This document shows positions 37,723 to 52,569 of a DNA stretch of 64,000 nt, piece by piece. The first letter of the stretch is position 1. Each line of letters starts with the position of its first letter. The DNA is taken from the NCBI GenBank assembly GCA_964016885.1, contig OZ024740.1, positions 100,936,001 to 101,000,000 of the forward strand, written 5' to 3'. The translations under genes were made by a program, and so were the position numbers. The stretch comes from Eledone cirrhosa (lineage: Eukaryota). The notes beneath the pieces were generated by a model. It worked only from the letters and a program-made list of their open reading frames with translations. It searched no databases and had not been told where the DNA came from.

Positions 37723-37942
37723 CCCTTTAGCATTTAAACCAGCTGTATCCGACCAGAATTCTCTCACCTCTTTCTGTTCAAACTGGCTATAACTGGCCAC
37801 ATATACTGATGTTATGGATTTGTTCTCAAAACAAATAACATCAAAATCACATAGATTCGATATTATGTGAGATAATTATGTTAGATAAAGCCTTTGCCAC
37901 AAAAATACGATAGTAAATATAGAGTAATGTAAATGCAAAGGG
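37723..37942. mobile_element. piggyBac-type MITE
   Basis: TTAA on both sides (37719-37722 and 37943-37946). TIRs ccctttagcattta / taaatgcaaaggg. Older look-alikes at about 18892-19042, 47693-47925 and 57357-57590. Confidence 0.7.
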
Positions 37943-38329
37943 TTAAATGAAATAGACTTCAACTCACCATGCTGTCAACACCCACCTAATTGCCACCTTT
38001 CCCTCTGTGTGACTGAGGATGCAACGACCAGTGTTGTGTTAATGCCAATAGCCAATGTACTCTGCATGTGGTAGTGCTGGTGTCATGATAAACGTGCCCT
38101 GCCCAATCTGTAAAGTGATAGCGTTATTGCCATGATCATATACACCCAGTGCATGCTGAAAACATGTGGCATTAGAACGACCATTTAATTGTAGAAACCA
38201 TACCGATTGAGGACATATAAGTTGGGCATTGTTATATGACCTATCTGATCTCAGAACATGTCCCAGCATGGGAAGCAAAAGTGAGGGATGATATATATGT
38301 ATATATATATATATATAAATATCATCATC

Positions 38330-38660
38330 ATTGCACATCCAATGGATGCGTGAATGGCTGAGCATGGATGTGTTGAGAGAGAAACTGTGTTTGAGAGGGA
38401 TAAGTTGTTGTGTGCGGGAGAGGAGATTGCGATGGTATGGACATGTGATACTCATGGAGGATAACTGATGGGTGAAGAAGTGCCAGGAAATGCCAGTTGA
38501 AGGAAGACGTAGTAGAGGAAGACCACTAAAACCATGGGTGGAGGTGGTGAAAGCAGACCTCAGATCGCTGAAGCTCACGGTGGAGATGACGAAGGACCGT
38601 GACGAGTGGAGAGATGCTGTGCGGAATAGGACCTGTCCCACCCTTGCAAGCAGGGAAAAT
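38330..38660 (+). mobile_element. RTE family-A 3' fragment
   Basis: KKCQEMPVEGRRSRGRP...TCPTLASRE, near-identical to 13220-13525. Confidence 0.9.
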
Positions 38661-38972
38661 TACCATTTTACTTCTGCTTTCCATGCATATATATATATAT
38701 ATATATAATTGCATACATATATATATATATATAATTATTGAGACCTGTTACTATAGCGATGTCATATCAGGAATGTTTGTTTCATTAGTTTGTTTCATCA
38801 ACTTGTTCTGAAGGAATTGAACCAGAAAAAAGATTTTCTTTTCTGGTTCAGTTCTGTCAGCAGGTTGAATAAGTTGTCCCTCCAAACTAATGGAATGTGC
38901 ATTCCTTGTATTGTGCCATTGTAGTAACTGGCTTTAATAATCATGCTAAAACTCTACCAAGCTATTACAACT

Positions 38973-39041
<69 letters not shown>

Positions 39042-39174
39042 TGGCTAAGTAGTAGCCATGATGCCCTGGAGTTTCACCTGTACACTTGCACTACCATGAT
39101 CATCAGACAAAGCTCATCACTTATCCATTAAATGAATATTTAAACTCTACTTCAGTATTGAGTACTTTATCTCA

Positions 39175-39176
39175 TG

Positions 39177-39210
<34 letters not shown>

Positions 39211-39392
39211 TTTACGTCCGCTTTTCCCTGCTTGCAAGGGTGGGACGGGTCTTATTCAGCACAGCATCTCTCCACTCGTCACGGTCCCACGTCATCTCCA
39301 CCGTGAGCTTCAATGATCTGAGGTCTGTTCTCACCACCTCCGCCCATGTTTTTCGTGGTCTACCTCTACCACGTCTTCCTTCAACTGGCATT
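39175..39392 (-). mobile_element. RTE family-A 3' end with (GAT)n tail
   Basis: Reverse complement of 13355-13560. Confidence 0.9.
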
Positions 39393-39408
39393 GACTGTCA
39401 GTCAATAA

Positions 39409-39480
<72 letters not shown>

Positions 39481-41059
39481 CTTACAAGCAATAATTAATT
39501 TCCTTTAAAAGTTTTCTATGATTTTGTTTTTCATGACTTCTAAATTAATGTAAGTTCAACGAGATCATTTTGGCATCATAATTTCACTGCCAAACGCTTA
39601 TTTATTTATTACTGTCTCCAGTTTTTCTGAACATTTTTGTCACACAGAACAATCTCAGAGACATAACCATTCTATTAGCTCTCTTTTAGTGTAATTGATC
39701 AATATTCTCAAATAAAATCCTTCCCCAACCCATTTCCAATTACTAATAAATAGACAAAAGCTAGCTAATAAAGAACAAAGAATAAAAATGTATAATAAAC
39801 AAACTATAGATGCAGGAATGGCTGTGTGGTTAAGAAATTTGTTTTGCAACTTTGAGGCTTCAGCTATCAATTCCTTCTCACATGGCATAATTGATGTAGG
39901 GTGTCCTCTATTAATAAGAGTTGGACATACAGTAGATGGGAGCCTGGTCTTCAAAAGTGAAGATGAGCCAAGTAGTCAGGTCAAACTAGTGCACCACATA
40001 CCTACCCATAGGCTAACATCTCAGTATATTGGCTGGTATAACAAGATGATCACAGCAAGGGACCATGATAACCCTTTACTCATCATTCACTTTGCAGTAC
40101 AGATAGGGTCAACATGGACAGGTAGGTGTTCATGATCCACTGAAGACCACAGAACAATACCATCTTACTGTGAGCATAACCATCACTACAGTGCAGTAGC
40201 CATAAAAACAGTAAAGGCAGTCACTAGAACAGAGGCAACCCCTACAACAACAGAGGTAGCCATTAGAACATTAACAGAGACAGCCTTTACTACAACAACA
40301 GAGATAGCCATTTCAAAAAGAGTAGTGGCTGTTTCTGTTGTTATAGTAGTGGTCACCAGCCTAAGAATTTAATAATAGGCCCACATGCTCCATCAACTTA
40401 CAATAATGAGGAAATGGGGGATGGTCAGGTGAAAAACAGACCTACCTAAAATGTGTAAAAGTTATTTGTTTCTCCCTGGACTGTATCTCCACCCTATCAT
40501 TACCTTCATCACCATTATCATTATCACCTCCTCCCATCATCATAATGGTTATCATTATCTTCATCATCATTTGTTGTGACAGGATAATTTGAGATTGTGT
40601 TTGGGTTACATTAAACCACATAATGTGGTTTCTCCCTAATTTTGCCATTTTGTGGGGATAATTTTTTTCTGTATCCTACCCTCTTCTGAATTGTTTATTC
40701 TCGTTATTATTACCTAGTATTAATGTGTTTATTGTTATCACTAAATCCACTCTTTTATTTGATGAAAATCCCACACCTTGTCTTGTTTGTTATTTTCTTA
40801 TTCATTGTACTGTCCTTAATGACTTCTGCCCTATTGATCAATAAAATCAATGGTTAATATTATTAACCAATTTCACTTTGGGATAATGGCAGTGCAACTA
40901 TCTGGCAAACAACCTATGTTAGTTCGAATCCTACAGGCAATACTCTTCACCTTTTCTCTCACCCTAGGGGCACATATACACCTTGCTTGACTATTTTTAA
41001 AATAGTAATGGATCAACATCAAATAAAATGCAATTGCAGTATTTGTTCAGGCTTATTCT

Positions 41060-41610
41060 ATTCTCAGATTGAACCCTCCTGAGGTCAACTTTGCCTTTCA
41101 TCCTTCTGGATTTTATAAAATAAAGTACCAGTAATGTACTGGGGTTTAATCTACTTTGCCCTTCCCACAGTTTGATAACCTTCTGCTTAAATTAGAAATA
41201 TCTGAGTTTGAATGCCTCCAAGGTTAGTTTTGCCTTGCATCTCTACGTGTTCAATAGAATAAAGTACCAGTAATGTGTTGATTTAATAAAGTACCAGTAA
41301 TGTGTTGATTTAATAAAGTACCAGTAATGGGTTGATTTAATCTACTTTGCTCTTCTCACCAAATTTGATAACCTCTGCTTAAACAAGAAATCATTATTAT
41401 TATAACCCACCGAGGTTAACTTTGCCTTTCATCTTTACGGGGTCGATAAAATAAAGCACCAGTAATACACTGGGGTGATTGCTGACCTTGTGCCAAAAGT
41501 AGAAGCAATTATTATTATTGATAAGGTGGATATAGGGCGGTGGATTGGCCGTATCAGTAGAGGGTCTGACGCCTTGCTTTACAACACAGAGTTATTATTA
41601 TTGATAAGTT
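41060..41610 (+). mobile_element. Cluster of Nin-like SINE fragments with internal 27-bp tandem triplication
   Basis: aataaagtaccagtaatgtgttgattt x3 at 41258-41341. SINE cores at about 41080, 41220 and 41408, and a head at 41534. Confidence 0.75.
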
Positions 41611-42207
41611 GTAAAGTAAATATAATTGCTAGATTTACTGGCTGTTGAGTTCTAAAATTATTTTATTTTTTTGTCCTTGTGGCAAATAAAAAATCATATT
41701 GTTATTATTATTATTATCATTATTGTTATTATTGTTTACTTAAAAAATAGAAAAAGAAAAATCTAAAAAAAGAAGAAATATTATTATTATTATTTCTCTT
41801 TGTGAAATGCCATAAAATAATTGAGACTGGAAATGAGTTCGATTTCTTTTTACTTTATTTTTTAATATTCTTTTCTCTTTGTTTATTCTTTTAGTGTGAG
41901 GTGTATGTGTGTACTTGTCTATTTATGTATGTGTGTATCTATGTGTGAATTTATGTATGTGTGTGTGTGTACTTGTGTGTTTGCATATGTCTGTGTATAT
42001 TTGTGTATTTATGTATGTATGTGTGTGTGCGTACTTGTGTGTTTATATGTGTGTGTGTGTGTTTGTGTATCTATTTGTATGTTTGTATATTTATGTGCAT
42101 GTGTTTGTGTATTTGTATGTGTTTGTGTATGTGCTTGTGTATTTATGTACTTTTATACATGTGTATGTGTGTTTGTGTATTCATATGTATGTTGTGTATG
42201 GTTGTAT

Positions 42208-43408
42208 CATCATCATCATCATCATCATCAGCGTTTAACGTCCGTGTTCCACGCTTGCATGGGTTTGGACGGGGGTAGTCCCACTTGAGGCAAGAGTGAT
42301 TGTCTTGCTCGCATAGGACTGTCTGGCAGGTTTTCTACAGTTGGATGCCCTTCCTAACACCAACCACATTTACAGTGTGGGTCTGGGAGGTTTTTACCGT
42401 GTTGCCTACACGGCCACATTACAGCGTGGACTGTGTGTTTTTTTGTCGTGACACCTACACGATCTCATTTGTTTCGGCCTCGATGGCGCGGCACCAACAT
42501 AACTTTACATAGAACGGGGTGGTGTGGATCGGGTGGGGGTGGTGGGACGGGGTGTATTTGTTAGAGATGCCTACTGGCTGGAGTAGGTTTTACTATATAT
42601 TTAGGTAAGGCGGGTCTTCTCTGTTACTGAGTACCGCCAAAGGTCTCGGTCCAGTGACATTGTCTTGGAGAGGTGTAAGTGTGTGATGTCGGAGTTTATC
42701 AGCTCGTCCCAGGTTTTTCTAGGTCTGCCTATTCCGTGACTACCGTCTATCTTTATTGCCCTGCACTTTGTTATACAGCTATCGACTTTCATGCGCATCA
42801 CGTGTCCATACCAACGTAGCCTTCTCTCGAGTAAACAACATCTGATCCCTCTTATCTCTAATTTATTCCTTAGTTCGTTTATGCTTTGCCGTTCACGTAT
42901 ATTACTGTTACACATCCAGCGGAGCATGCAAGCTTCGTTCCTCTCTAGTCTGCGTATATCCTCTGCACACAATGCCCAGGTCTCACTGCCATGCAGCATT
43001 GCTGTTCGTATGCAGGCATCGTACAACCTGCCTTTCATTTTTAGTGAGAACCCTTTAGCAGCTAATAGTGGTATAAGCTCTCTGAACTTTTTCCAACCAG
43101 TTCTGACTCTAGCTACAGTACTTTCAGAGCACCCTCCCCCACTGCTGATTTTATCGCCCAGGTAACGGAAGCTGTCCACTATTTCTATAGAACCCTCTGC
43201 GCAATTGAAAGAGCTAGTAGTTTGTGGGCACTTGCTGCTACTTATTGCACCAGAGCACCGGCCACATGTAAAATCTATGTTCTTAGTTAGCCTACCTGTG
43301 ATCCCACTACATCTTTTATGCACCCATACTTTGCATTTAGGACATAAAATGGAGTTTCTACCTACGCCTTTCCTACACACCGAGCACGACCATTTCCCAG
43401 AAGGGACC
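42208..43408 (-). mobile_element. RTE family-C 3' fragment (PHD finger to C-terminus plus long 3' UTR)
   Basis: ORF 42601-43410: SCSVC..CPKC..HKRC..CGRC, FRYLG, GRPRKTW. The 3' UTR ends in (GAT)n. Confidence 0.9.
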
Positions 43409-43739
43409 ATATATATATATATATGTTTGCATATGTGTTTATGTATTTATGTGTGTATATATATTTATATGTATGTGTGTTTGTGTATTTATGTGTGTTT
43501 ATATATTTATATGTGTATCTGCTTGTGCATTTATATGCTTGTGTGTGATTTGGGGGATTTTTAGCATTTTCTCTAACTCAGGAATAATCTTCTCTAGATA
43601 TGCACACACAAACACATACAAACAAACATATATATATAGAAAATCACACACAAACACACATTGGTTCCATTGTGTAACAAGTTTCCTGATATTACATGGT
43701 CTGCTGGTTAATATTTTAATAATCTAGAATGGGCCATAA

Positions 43740-44148
43740 CCTTATCATCATCACCATTACCACTACCACAACCACCATCATCATGATCATCATCAGCAGC
43801 TACATTTTTTATCCTAATTGTTACTGATGATGTCACCGTTTCTCATAAGCACCATTATTATTTATCTTCATAACTTATTTCCTTCATTATTATCACCACT
43901 ACCATCATCATCATCATTAACATCATCATCATTGTCGTCTCCATCATCACCACCACCACCACCACCACTGCCATCATCGTCATCATCATCACCACCATCA
44001 TCATTATCATCACTACTACCAACATCATCATCACTACCACCATCATTATTACTCCCACCATCATCACCACTACTACCAACAACATCATCACCATACCACC
44101 ACCACCACCATCCTCCTCACCATCATCATCATCATGACCATCATCATT
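43740..44148. repeat. Compound (CAT/CAC)n low-complexity tract
   Basis: Direct reading. Confidence 0.85.
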
Positions 44149-44520
44149 GAAATCATTTTATTGAGCAGTTCTCCACAAAGACATGTGTGTGACAGCTGCA
44201 CATGCAATATCTGTAAATCAGTAATCGATGTGTCTTCTCGTTTGTGAGGCCCATATCTTCCAGTTCTAACCCTGCCCCTAATTTTAATTAGTTATTTTGT
44301 CTTTTATCTGTACTTCCATCCACTGTCAACACATACATTTTTCAGTAATAAATTTCAAATTTATCGAGATAAAGGGGTTTTATCCACAGTAGCAATTTTA
44401 AAGATGCCTTAATTAATGGGATGACAATGTTCAATCAGGTTAATCAATAATTCAAATGCTGTTTGTTTTTTTATTGTTGCTGTTCTTTAGCCCTAGGTCA
44501 GTTCTGACCAAGCAAACTTA

Positions 44521-44740
44521 TAATGGTTTCTGATTTAGGCACAAGGCCAATGATTTTTGGAGAGGGGAAAGATATCTAAATTGACACCCGTGCATTACTG
44601 GTACTTTATTTTATTGACCCCATAAGGATGAAAGGCAAAGCTAATATTGGTGAGATTTGAACTCAGAATCTAAACGGTTGTAACTATTGCCACAAATTAT
44701 GTTATCTGATGCTCTACCAATACTGCCAATCCATCACCCT
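44521..44740 (-). mobile_element. Older tRNA/Nin-like SINE
   Basis: ggcacaaggcca...gaccccataaggatgaaaggcaaag...gatttgaactc. A similar copy is at 50431-50645. Confidence 0.7.
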
Positions 44741-45887
44741 AAGTAGATTTATAATCAAATATGTTCCACCTATGAGCAATCTGTTTTTTTTATATTTTGT
44801 TTTTCGTGGCTGATAAATTTATGATGACATCATTGTTCTAATGTACACTTCCTTTGTGAAGATGGCAGAGTTTGAATTGAAGGATATTTGACTCCTATGT
44901 CTAGCTTGTTAAACAATTATATTTATGCTCTTTTTAACTTTTTAGAATGGATTATCAGTTTCTTTTATTCTTTATTTCATTTCTTTTACTGGTTTCAGTC
45001 ATTAGACTGCGCCCATGCTGGGGCACCACCTTGAAGGGGTTTAGTCAATTGTATTGATCTCAGTAATTATTTTATTGATCTTTTTGTTGAACTGCTAATT
45101 ACAAGACAAACACAGACATGAGGAAACAAAGACGCACACACTACATATATACAAGAAGATCTGCTCTCCAATGTGACCAGCATGAGATATGCATGGGGAG
45201 CATCATAGTGAAGAGAGTGAGTTATATGAATGTTTTAACTCACTCCCACCACCCTTCACTAGTATGTTTCACCCTTTTCCTCTTGACTCCTCCCACATCA
45301 GTGCTATCTAGATATAATGTTGCGCATATGAACTCACCAAATTTATGGATCTACTCCTCCCCTTATTCTCAACTTCCTCTCTTCCCTACACCACACACTA
45401 AACTACCAATCACACTATCTCTTGAAGGTCACTTTCACAACCAAGCACTTACTATCACTTTCACTCTCTCCCCTTTTCTTTTCTTCTCTCCCAGAATGAT
45501 GATGCTCTCAATAACAACTTGTAGCTGGCACAGCTCCTGTATTACCAGCTACACCTCTTTAAATCCCTGCTCATGTCACTACCTCATTCTGCAAGTGTTG
45601 GCAATGGTGTGAATAAAATGCATCCAGTCTACTCCGTAAATTGGTAGTGCTGATGTCATGATAAAATGCACCCAGCCCATTCTGTAAATTGTCGCTATTG
45701 GTGTTATGATAAAATTCATCCAGTAGACACTACAGAGCAGTTGGCAGGGCATCTAGGTGAATAAAGGATGACAAATCAGAATGGACGAGCAAGAGATGGT
45801 CATTCAGCCTCTGTAGTCTAAGAATGGGACAACCCATCTGAGTAATGCCAACATTGAAATAGACATAATATGGTGATGATGATGGAT

Positions 45888-46633
45888 ATCATCATCATCA
45901 TTTTACGTCCGCTTTTGCCTGCCTGCAAGGGTGGGATGGGTCCTATTCAGCACAGCATCTCTCCACTTGTCACGGTCCTTCGTCATCTCCTCCTTGAGCT
46001 TCAGCGATCTGAGGTCTGCTCTCACCACCTCCGTCCATGTTTTTCCTGGTCTTCCTCTACTGTGTCATCCTTCTACTGGGATTTCTTGGCACTTCTTTAT
46101 CCTGTGGTCAGCCTCCATGCGCATCACATGTCCATACTATCGCAGTCTTCTCTCCCACACACTACAACATATCCCAATTATACACAGTTTCTCTCTCAAC
46201 TCGTCTATGCTTGGTAGTTCACGCACATCCAACGGAGCATGCTTGCTTCATTTCTCTCTAGCCATCACATATCCACTGCAGTTGCTGCCCATGTCTCACT
46301 ACCATGCAGCATCGCACAAGCAGCCCCCTAAACTTCTTCTAACCCATCCTTATTCTAGATATTATGGCCTTGGAACGCCTCCTCCCATGTTAATCTGATC
46401 ATCTAGATACCGGAAGCTATCAGCCACTTCTATAGAACCCACATGCATTGGAAAAATGAGTCTATCACTGCGATTTCTACTGTCAAATTTCCCTGTACAT
46501 CTACTGCAAACGTAGATGTTAGTTTGGCTGCTATCCCACTACATCTCTTGTGTACCCAAGATCTGCATTGTGTATATTTTATAGAATTTATGCCTGTTCC
46601 TTTTCTACATATCGAACATGGCCATTTCCCTGA
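45888..46633 (-). mobile_element. RTE family-A 3' fragment, internally deleted
   Basis: Minus strand GKWPCSICRKGTGINSIK through to the family-A tail. Confidence 0.85.
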
Positions 46634-48562
46634 TATATATATATCCTTAACTTCATACATGTCTCCCTTCTCCTCTTGCCCTTCACCCAGCCTCACAGTT
46701 GGGACAATGACTAGCAACCTATCTAATGTACAAAAATGCACTAGGTACACCCTGTAAGGTGGTTAACAATAAGAAGGTTACCTCATTATAGAAATCATGG
46801 CTAAAATGGTTGAAAGAACTGTTAACTCCTGTCAACAGCTCAACAACCTCTCAAGATCTATATGATGTACGCACCCAGTACACTCAGTAAAGAGCTTGAT
46901 GATAGGAAGGATATCCAGCTGTAGAAAGCTTATCAAGCAAAAGGTTAGAAGGACCCTTCAGTTGTGTCAATGACATGACATCATCCCTAATTTTGGGTAC
47001 CTACAAAATAAATGCATTCAACACATCCTGTAAAGGTGTTGGTGATAGGAAGAGCATCCAGCCATAGAAAGCTTGCCAAACAAAAAGTAGGGAGGACCTT
47101 CAGTTGCATCAAAGTTATGACAACCTCAATAGTGTTGGTGCCATGATAAAATGGACTGAGTATAATTTGGAACTGTATGTAAGCAAGATGAAGAACCCCA
47201 GCCTGTCAGAGGTTTGTAGCGCTGATTCAGTACTGACTTGTTTTGTGTAGACCCAACTAACCCTTGCTGGCAAGGAAAGTGGACATTAAAGGATGATAAT
47301 GATGAAGCTACATGTTTATATGAGTTCCTGTATAGTTTCCAACTCTCAAATTACACTCACATTCTTATAGCAGAAGACACTTGGCAAAAGTATCATTCAG
47401 TAGAACAGAATTTGAAACCATGTGGTTGCAAACTTCTTAACCACACAGCCATGTATTGAAGACCTTTTATGCACTGAAAAAGGTAGTTAGTCTTTGGAAT
47501 GAATGTTTGACTTACTCTTATTGCCCTGTGTTATGGCATGTAATATTGCAATTTAATCCTCATCATTATAGTTTGTTCATTGTTAGTCAACATTTACTGT
47601 CTTTACATAAAGTCATGAGTCATAGTATCAAAAATGAATCACCCTTCTCAATTACTTTATGCCCTGCTTTAAGCTGCTGTGGTGATCAATATTTAACTCT
47701 TTCATTACCATATTTCTAATAAAAGACACTATGGTTTTACAAATAATCAAGAATTGTTAGTGATTTAGTAATATAACTAACTTTCTTACCATTATGTTTA
47801 TGTTCGGAACATAACTTAAAGGTTCTTACATAGAATTATGATGGAAGGTTTTTAGATAAATATAAATACCTTTTTTAATATAGAATAAGGAGTAGTTACA
47901 GGCAGTTTGGTTTCAAAACTGTTTATCTCATGCTTTTAACAACATCTTTATTAGAGGTCTACCTTTCTTTTGTGGCCCTAGCCAATCTGTCAGTAGAGAA
48001 TTTGTTTTGGTAACCACTCATCTTCCTTGTTTAGACATGTGCAATCCAGTGGAGGTTTCAATCTACCAATATTTCTTATATGCTAGCAAACTTCGTTTTC
48101 CCTAGGATAATGATATTCAGCCAAGTAATGTTTATGATCTGTCTCAGGGCATATTTTTGTTTTGCTTTTTACTTTTTTGTGATGTAATGGTGAAAGCACG
48201 GGGCTTAGGATAGATTTTGGAGGTATAACACCCATGTCTCTAATCTTTTACAATAATCTATAACTTAATATTCTTATACTTCACTTAAGCTGTCTTGTGT
48301 TGCTCACTATACAGTAAAATATTTAGTGCCAATAAGGAGTCTTTACATGGTTATTCAGTTTATTAGAAATAACAGCTAAATGTTTCTGAAATCATAAACC
48401 TACTGGCTTAACAAATTGAAGACTGGACATATTGAATAATATAGTCTTAGATATACTCTGACTGAATGAAATACAGGTGGGTATGGTCACGTTTGGAATT
48501 CCCTTAACAAAAACATCTGCATACTGAGGGCTAGCACGGAGCTAAATGATATGAACAACTTC

Positions 48563-48663
<101 letters not shown>

Positions 48664-51407
48664 CCTTGTAGGACATATACATAGTCACACAACCTGCTAA
48701 AAATTATCAACCAAATTTTCCTCAAACCACACAATACCTTCATAACAAAGAATAATACATTAGATAAATTAGTACTAAATAAACTATCCTTGAAAGCAAA
48801 GATGGAATGATTATGGCTTGAACACCTTTTACTTATAAGTTTACTCATTGAAAGTTATTTTGATTCATACCAAATGAAATTCATTAAATTTTTAATTTTT
48901 TAGATTCTCATCATAGCACAATAAAATAAACTATCTTGTCAAAATATTTGATTAAAACAAATCTATAAAGATGAAGATTATCACTTTAAAATGTATTTCA
49001 ATTATAGCTCTTTATTCTTGTCATGTAAAATTTTCTAAAATATGAATAGTATGGTTGACTTCTGTTTCAATGAATTAATGTTTTACTTCAATTATCAGGT
49101 TTTTAGAGTCTCTCTGCTTTTTTCACAAGTAACCTTTTGCAAATGTTTTGAATTATTTCATATTATAATTCCTGAATCAAAGGCATTTGATTAATTAGCT
49201 GCTTTCATATCCCAAAAGGTCCTCCACTTGTATCCCTTACTTTTGAAGGAATCTTTGACAACAGGAATTTTATCCTCTTTAAGTGAAATTTGTCCAGTTG
49301 AATAGCATTTAGAACCTTCTTTTATCTAGTTTCTTTAACATGTTTCATCAAAAGCATGATAGCAATTGAACAGATATGATTAATGATATTGAGGGTTCTT
49401 AATTCATGAAACCATGTAGTGCACTACTAGAAAAGCAGTCATTTCAATTGAGAATATATATCTCAAGTTTTGAAATTAAATCCATGTTAACATCAAGAAT
49501 CACATTTGAAAAATATCTTCATGCATATTCCAAACATGCACTAATAGACATGGATGTATGTATGGTTAAGAAATTCACTTCACCATGTTATGTTAAAAAG
49601 TTAGTCTCTTGATGCTAGAAATTCATAAACTTTAAGCATATCATCTTTGGCAATATGTGATTGAAAGAACAAGACCCCCACCCTCACCCACTGCACAGGA
49701 CACCAGCATTTGCAAATTCAACCCCCAGCTGATGTTGCTGATATTCATTTGGTTTCAGCTGATTGGATAAGAGCAGCATGAAATGAAGTATCTTACTGAA
49801 GGATACAATGGCTGTTTGGTTCTGGAATTGATCCCATGATCTTATGTTTGGAAGTCCAACACCCTAACCACTAGGGTCCATACTTTCATTTCACCACCAT
49901 GTATTGTGCTGCACAGCACATGATTCATGTGTCTTCAATGACAGCCTTTGGCTAACAAAGCCTTGTGAAGGAAATCTAGTTGTTGCAGACTGTGTGAAGA
50001 GTTGTTGGATGAACTGCATCTGTTCTTTTCTGGTAGATTTAGTGAGTCCTCTAGTTTAATACCATTACCTGATATTTTGGCTGCCTTCAGTTGTGCCCAC
50101 ATAGTTGCAAGCATTCAGACTCCATCTCCAGTCTGAAAACAACACATGACTTGTGATCCTTTCTCTCCTTTCCCCACCAGTTGCAAAGACCCTGCAAAAG
50201 TCATGGATGTTGCCCTTTCTATTCTGATTAAAGCATAAATATGACGATGTGAAAATTCCAAATTAAATGATAAAAAATGATACTTATCCTTTTAATACCA
50301 ACCAACTTGAGACAGCTGGTTTGATGTTACAAAACCTCTTATTTTAAAGTGTTTCTGTTTGAAATATAGCCTTCCACCATACTTTTGTGTAAGAATCTTT
50401 TGATCAGTTTAGCTCCAGACACTAGCCTTATAATGGTTTCTTATTTGGGCATAAGACAAGTAATCCTGGAAGAGTAAAACCTGTTTTATCTATCCCCAAT
50501 ACATTACTGGTATTTTATTTTATCAACACCAGAAGGATGAAAGGCAAAGTAGACCTGGACAGGATTTAAACTCATATTGTAAAGATCCAGACCAAATACA
50601 AAGGCATTTTGCCTGATACTCTACTAAATCTTCCAATCCATCACCTTTACAATAGACAATCAATGAGAAATATGAATTCATTTCTCTATTTCCCACTAAA
50701 TTTTTGATTATTTCCTAAATTGATTGAAATATATTGGCTGCATTTTTCATTAGAAATCTGATCACAGTGGGCTTAAAATATTACAATTATTTTCAAGTAA
50801 TAAACCTCTATTTCTAATATAGAATTACAGAAGATCTTAAACATTCAGACACAGTTTTCTAAATCAGTTATTAATTAATCAATATGACTAAACTATGTTA
50901 AAGAAAAAAAAAAAAACATTAATCCAAGATGCTATTCATTGGGCTTGAAAGCTTGATTTGGAAGTGACCTTCATAACAACTCAGTCATCCCTGCATCCCA
51001 ACTTTGTAAGGGAAATTGGAAAGATAGAAATAATTTTGAAGCCCATCAAATAAACTCTCTGTATTGTTCAAAGGTTTCAGCAATATTATGCCATGCTGAT
51101 TTGGCTTGGAAATTATATTAAGCGTACACATGTCTCTAGAAATCACAATCACTTATATGTTACTATAACAAGTAATATTTGATTTTCTCTACTTGTATGA
51201 GTTGGACAATATCCTTTTTCTGGCAGCTTTCTTTTTACAACTAGATGGCCCTCATAATGCCAACCCATACGTTATATTAAGTATGACACACACACTACTA
51301 GTGTTTGGTTGAACCACTACTCTGTCAGACATATTGTTCATGGGAGATAAAAACAATTGTCACTACAGATTTTTTATGTCGTGTCCATATGATGTTTGTG
51401 GTGATAG

Positions 51408-51408
<1 letters not shown>

Positions 51409-51484
<76 letters not shown>
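51409..51484. repeat. (CA)n microsatellite
   Basis: Direct reading. Confidence 0.95.
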
Positions 51485-51485
<1 letters not shown>

Positions 51486-52569
51486 GCGCGCGCATGCACA
51501 TATATATATGATGGGCTTCATACAGTTTTTGTTTACCAAACTCACTCACAAGGTATTGTTTGACCCAAGGCTACAGTTGAAGATATTTGCCCAAGGTGGC
51601 ATGAAAATAATTTTATCTATAGCCTTTGGCTGACCAATGAGTTGAGGGAATTATTCTTATTATCATTTCTTTTTCCATTTTAAGGATCTTATACTGAAGT
51701 TTGATAGCACAGAGAGAAAAATGCAATTAATAAAATCTTGTGTTCTAAAGCCTTTATACTTATTTTATTCTGCACTTACTCTAATTCTCTAACAGTATTC
51801 TAGATAAGACTAATAAAATAGTTTTAGGAAACATTCTGATTTTATTTTGATACCTATTTCATTTATATATTGGTCTAGTCTATTAAAGAACATACTTTAG
51901 AGATGTCATGTCTATTGATGTTTATATGTAACTTTTTCGTGACCACATATTTTATTGGGATTTTGATATTTCTCTATTTACTGTTTGGGTTTCTGACTCC
52001 ATTTCTAGTGATTTCAGACATTGCAATAACAATTATTCAATACACTTCTAATATTTTGTTCACCACAGAAGTGCTAGGTCTCAAAGGATTTTCATTTGGC
52101 CATGAGACTTAATTATATATATTAGGTATGTGTTGTGAGACAAATGCTAAGGTAAGCAAATGGAAAGTCGTGTATTTGAGGGACAGTAGTTGCACATTCC
52201 TTTCAGAACAAAATTTAAGTTATTTGAAAAAGTTTAATACCATTATTAATTTATTCATTCCTTATCATGACCATTATCATGATCTTCTATCCACCAGTCT
52301 AATGACATAACTAAAATATTAATGTTGATATTCCAATAATATGATAATGAATCTTGTTTACAAAACTGTGAAACAATGAAAAAAATCACATCTAAAGGTT
52401 AAGCAATGCTTACCTTTCTTTGTAAACATTCATGTCGCTGACACATATCATTTCTCAGTTCTTTCTAATTAACACTTTCCACATAATCCTTAGTTGTTAA
52501 TCTTAATGATATTAACATTTTTGTTCCCAGTCATTTCAACTGAAAAGAGCAAGCAATTTGCTGCAATCT

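Noticed and set aside
41258-41341. Three 27-bp direct repeats (CRISPR-like at a glance)
   Set aside because: Head-to-tail with no spacers and derived from the SINE core. Eukaryotic context with no cas genes.
43818-44150. Ser/Pro/His-rich ORF
   Set aside because: Product of a CAT/CAC compound microsatellite, with no domain or splice support.
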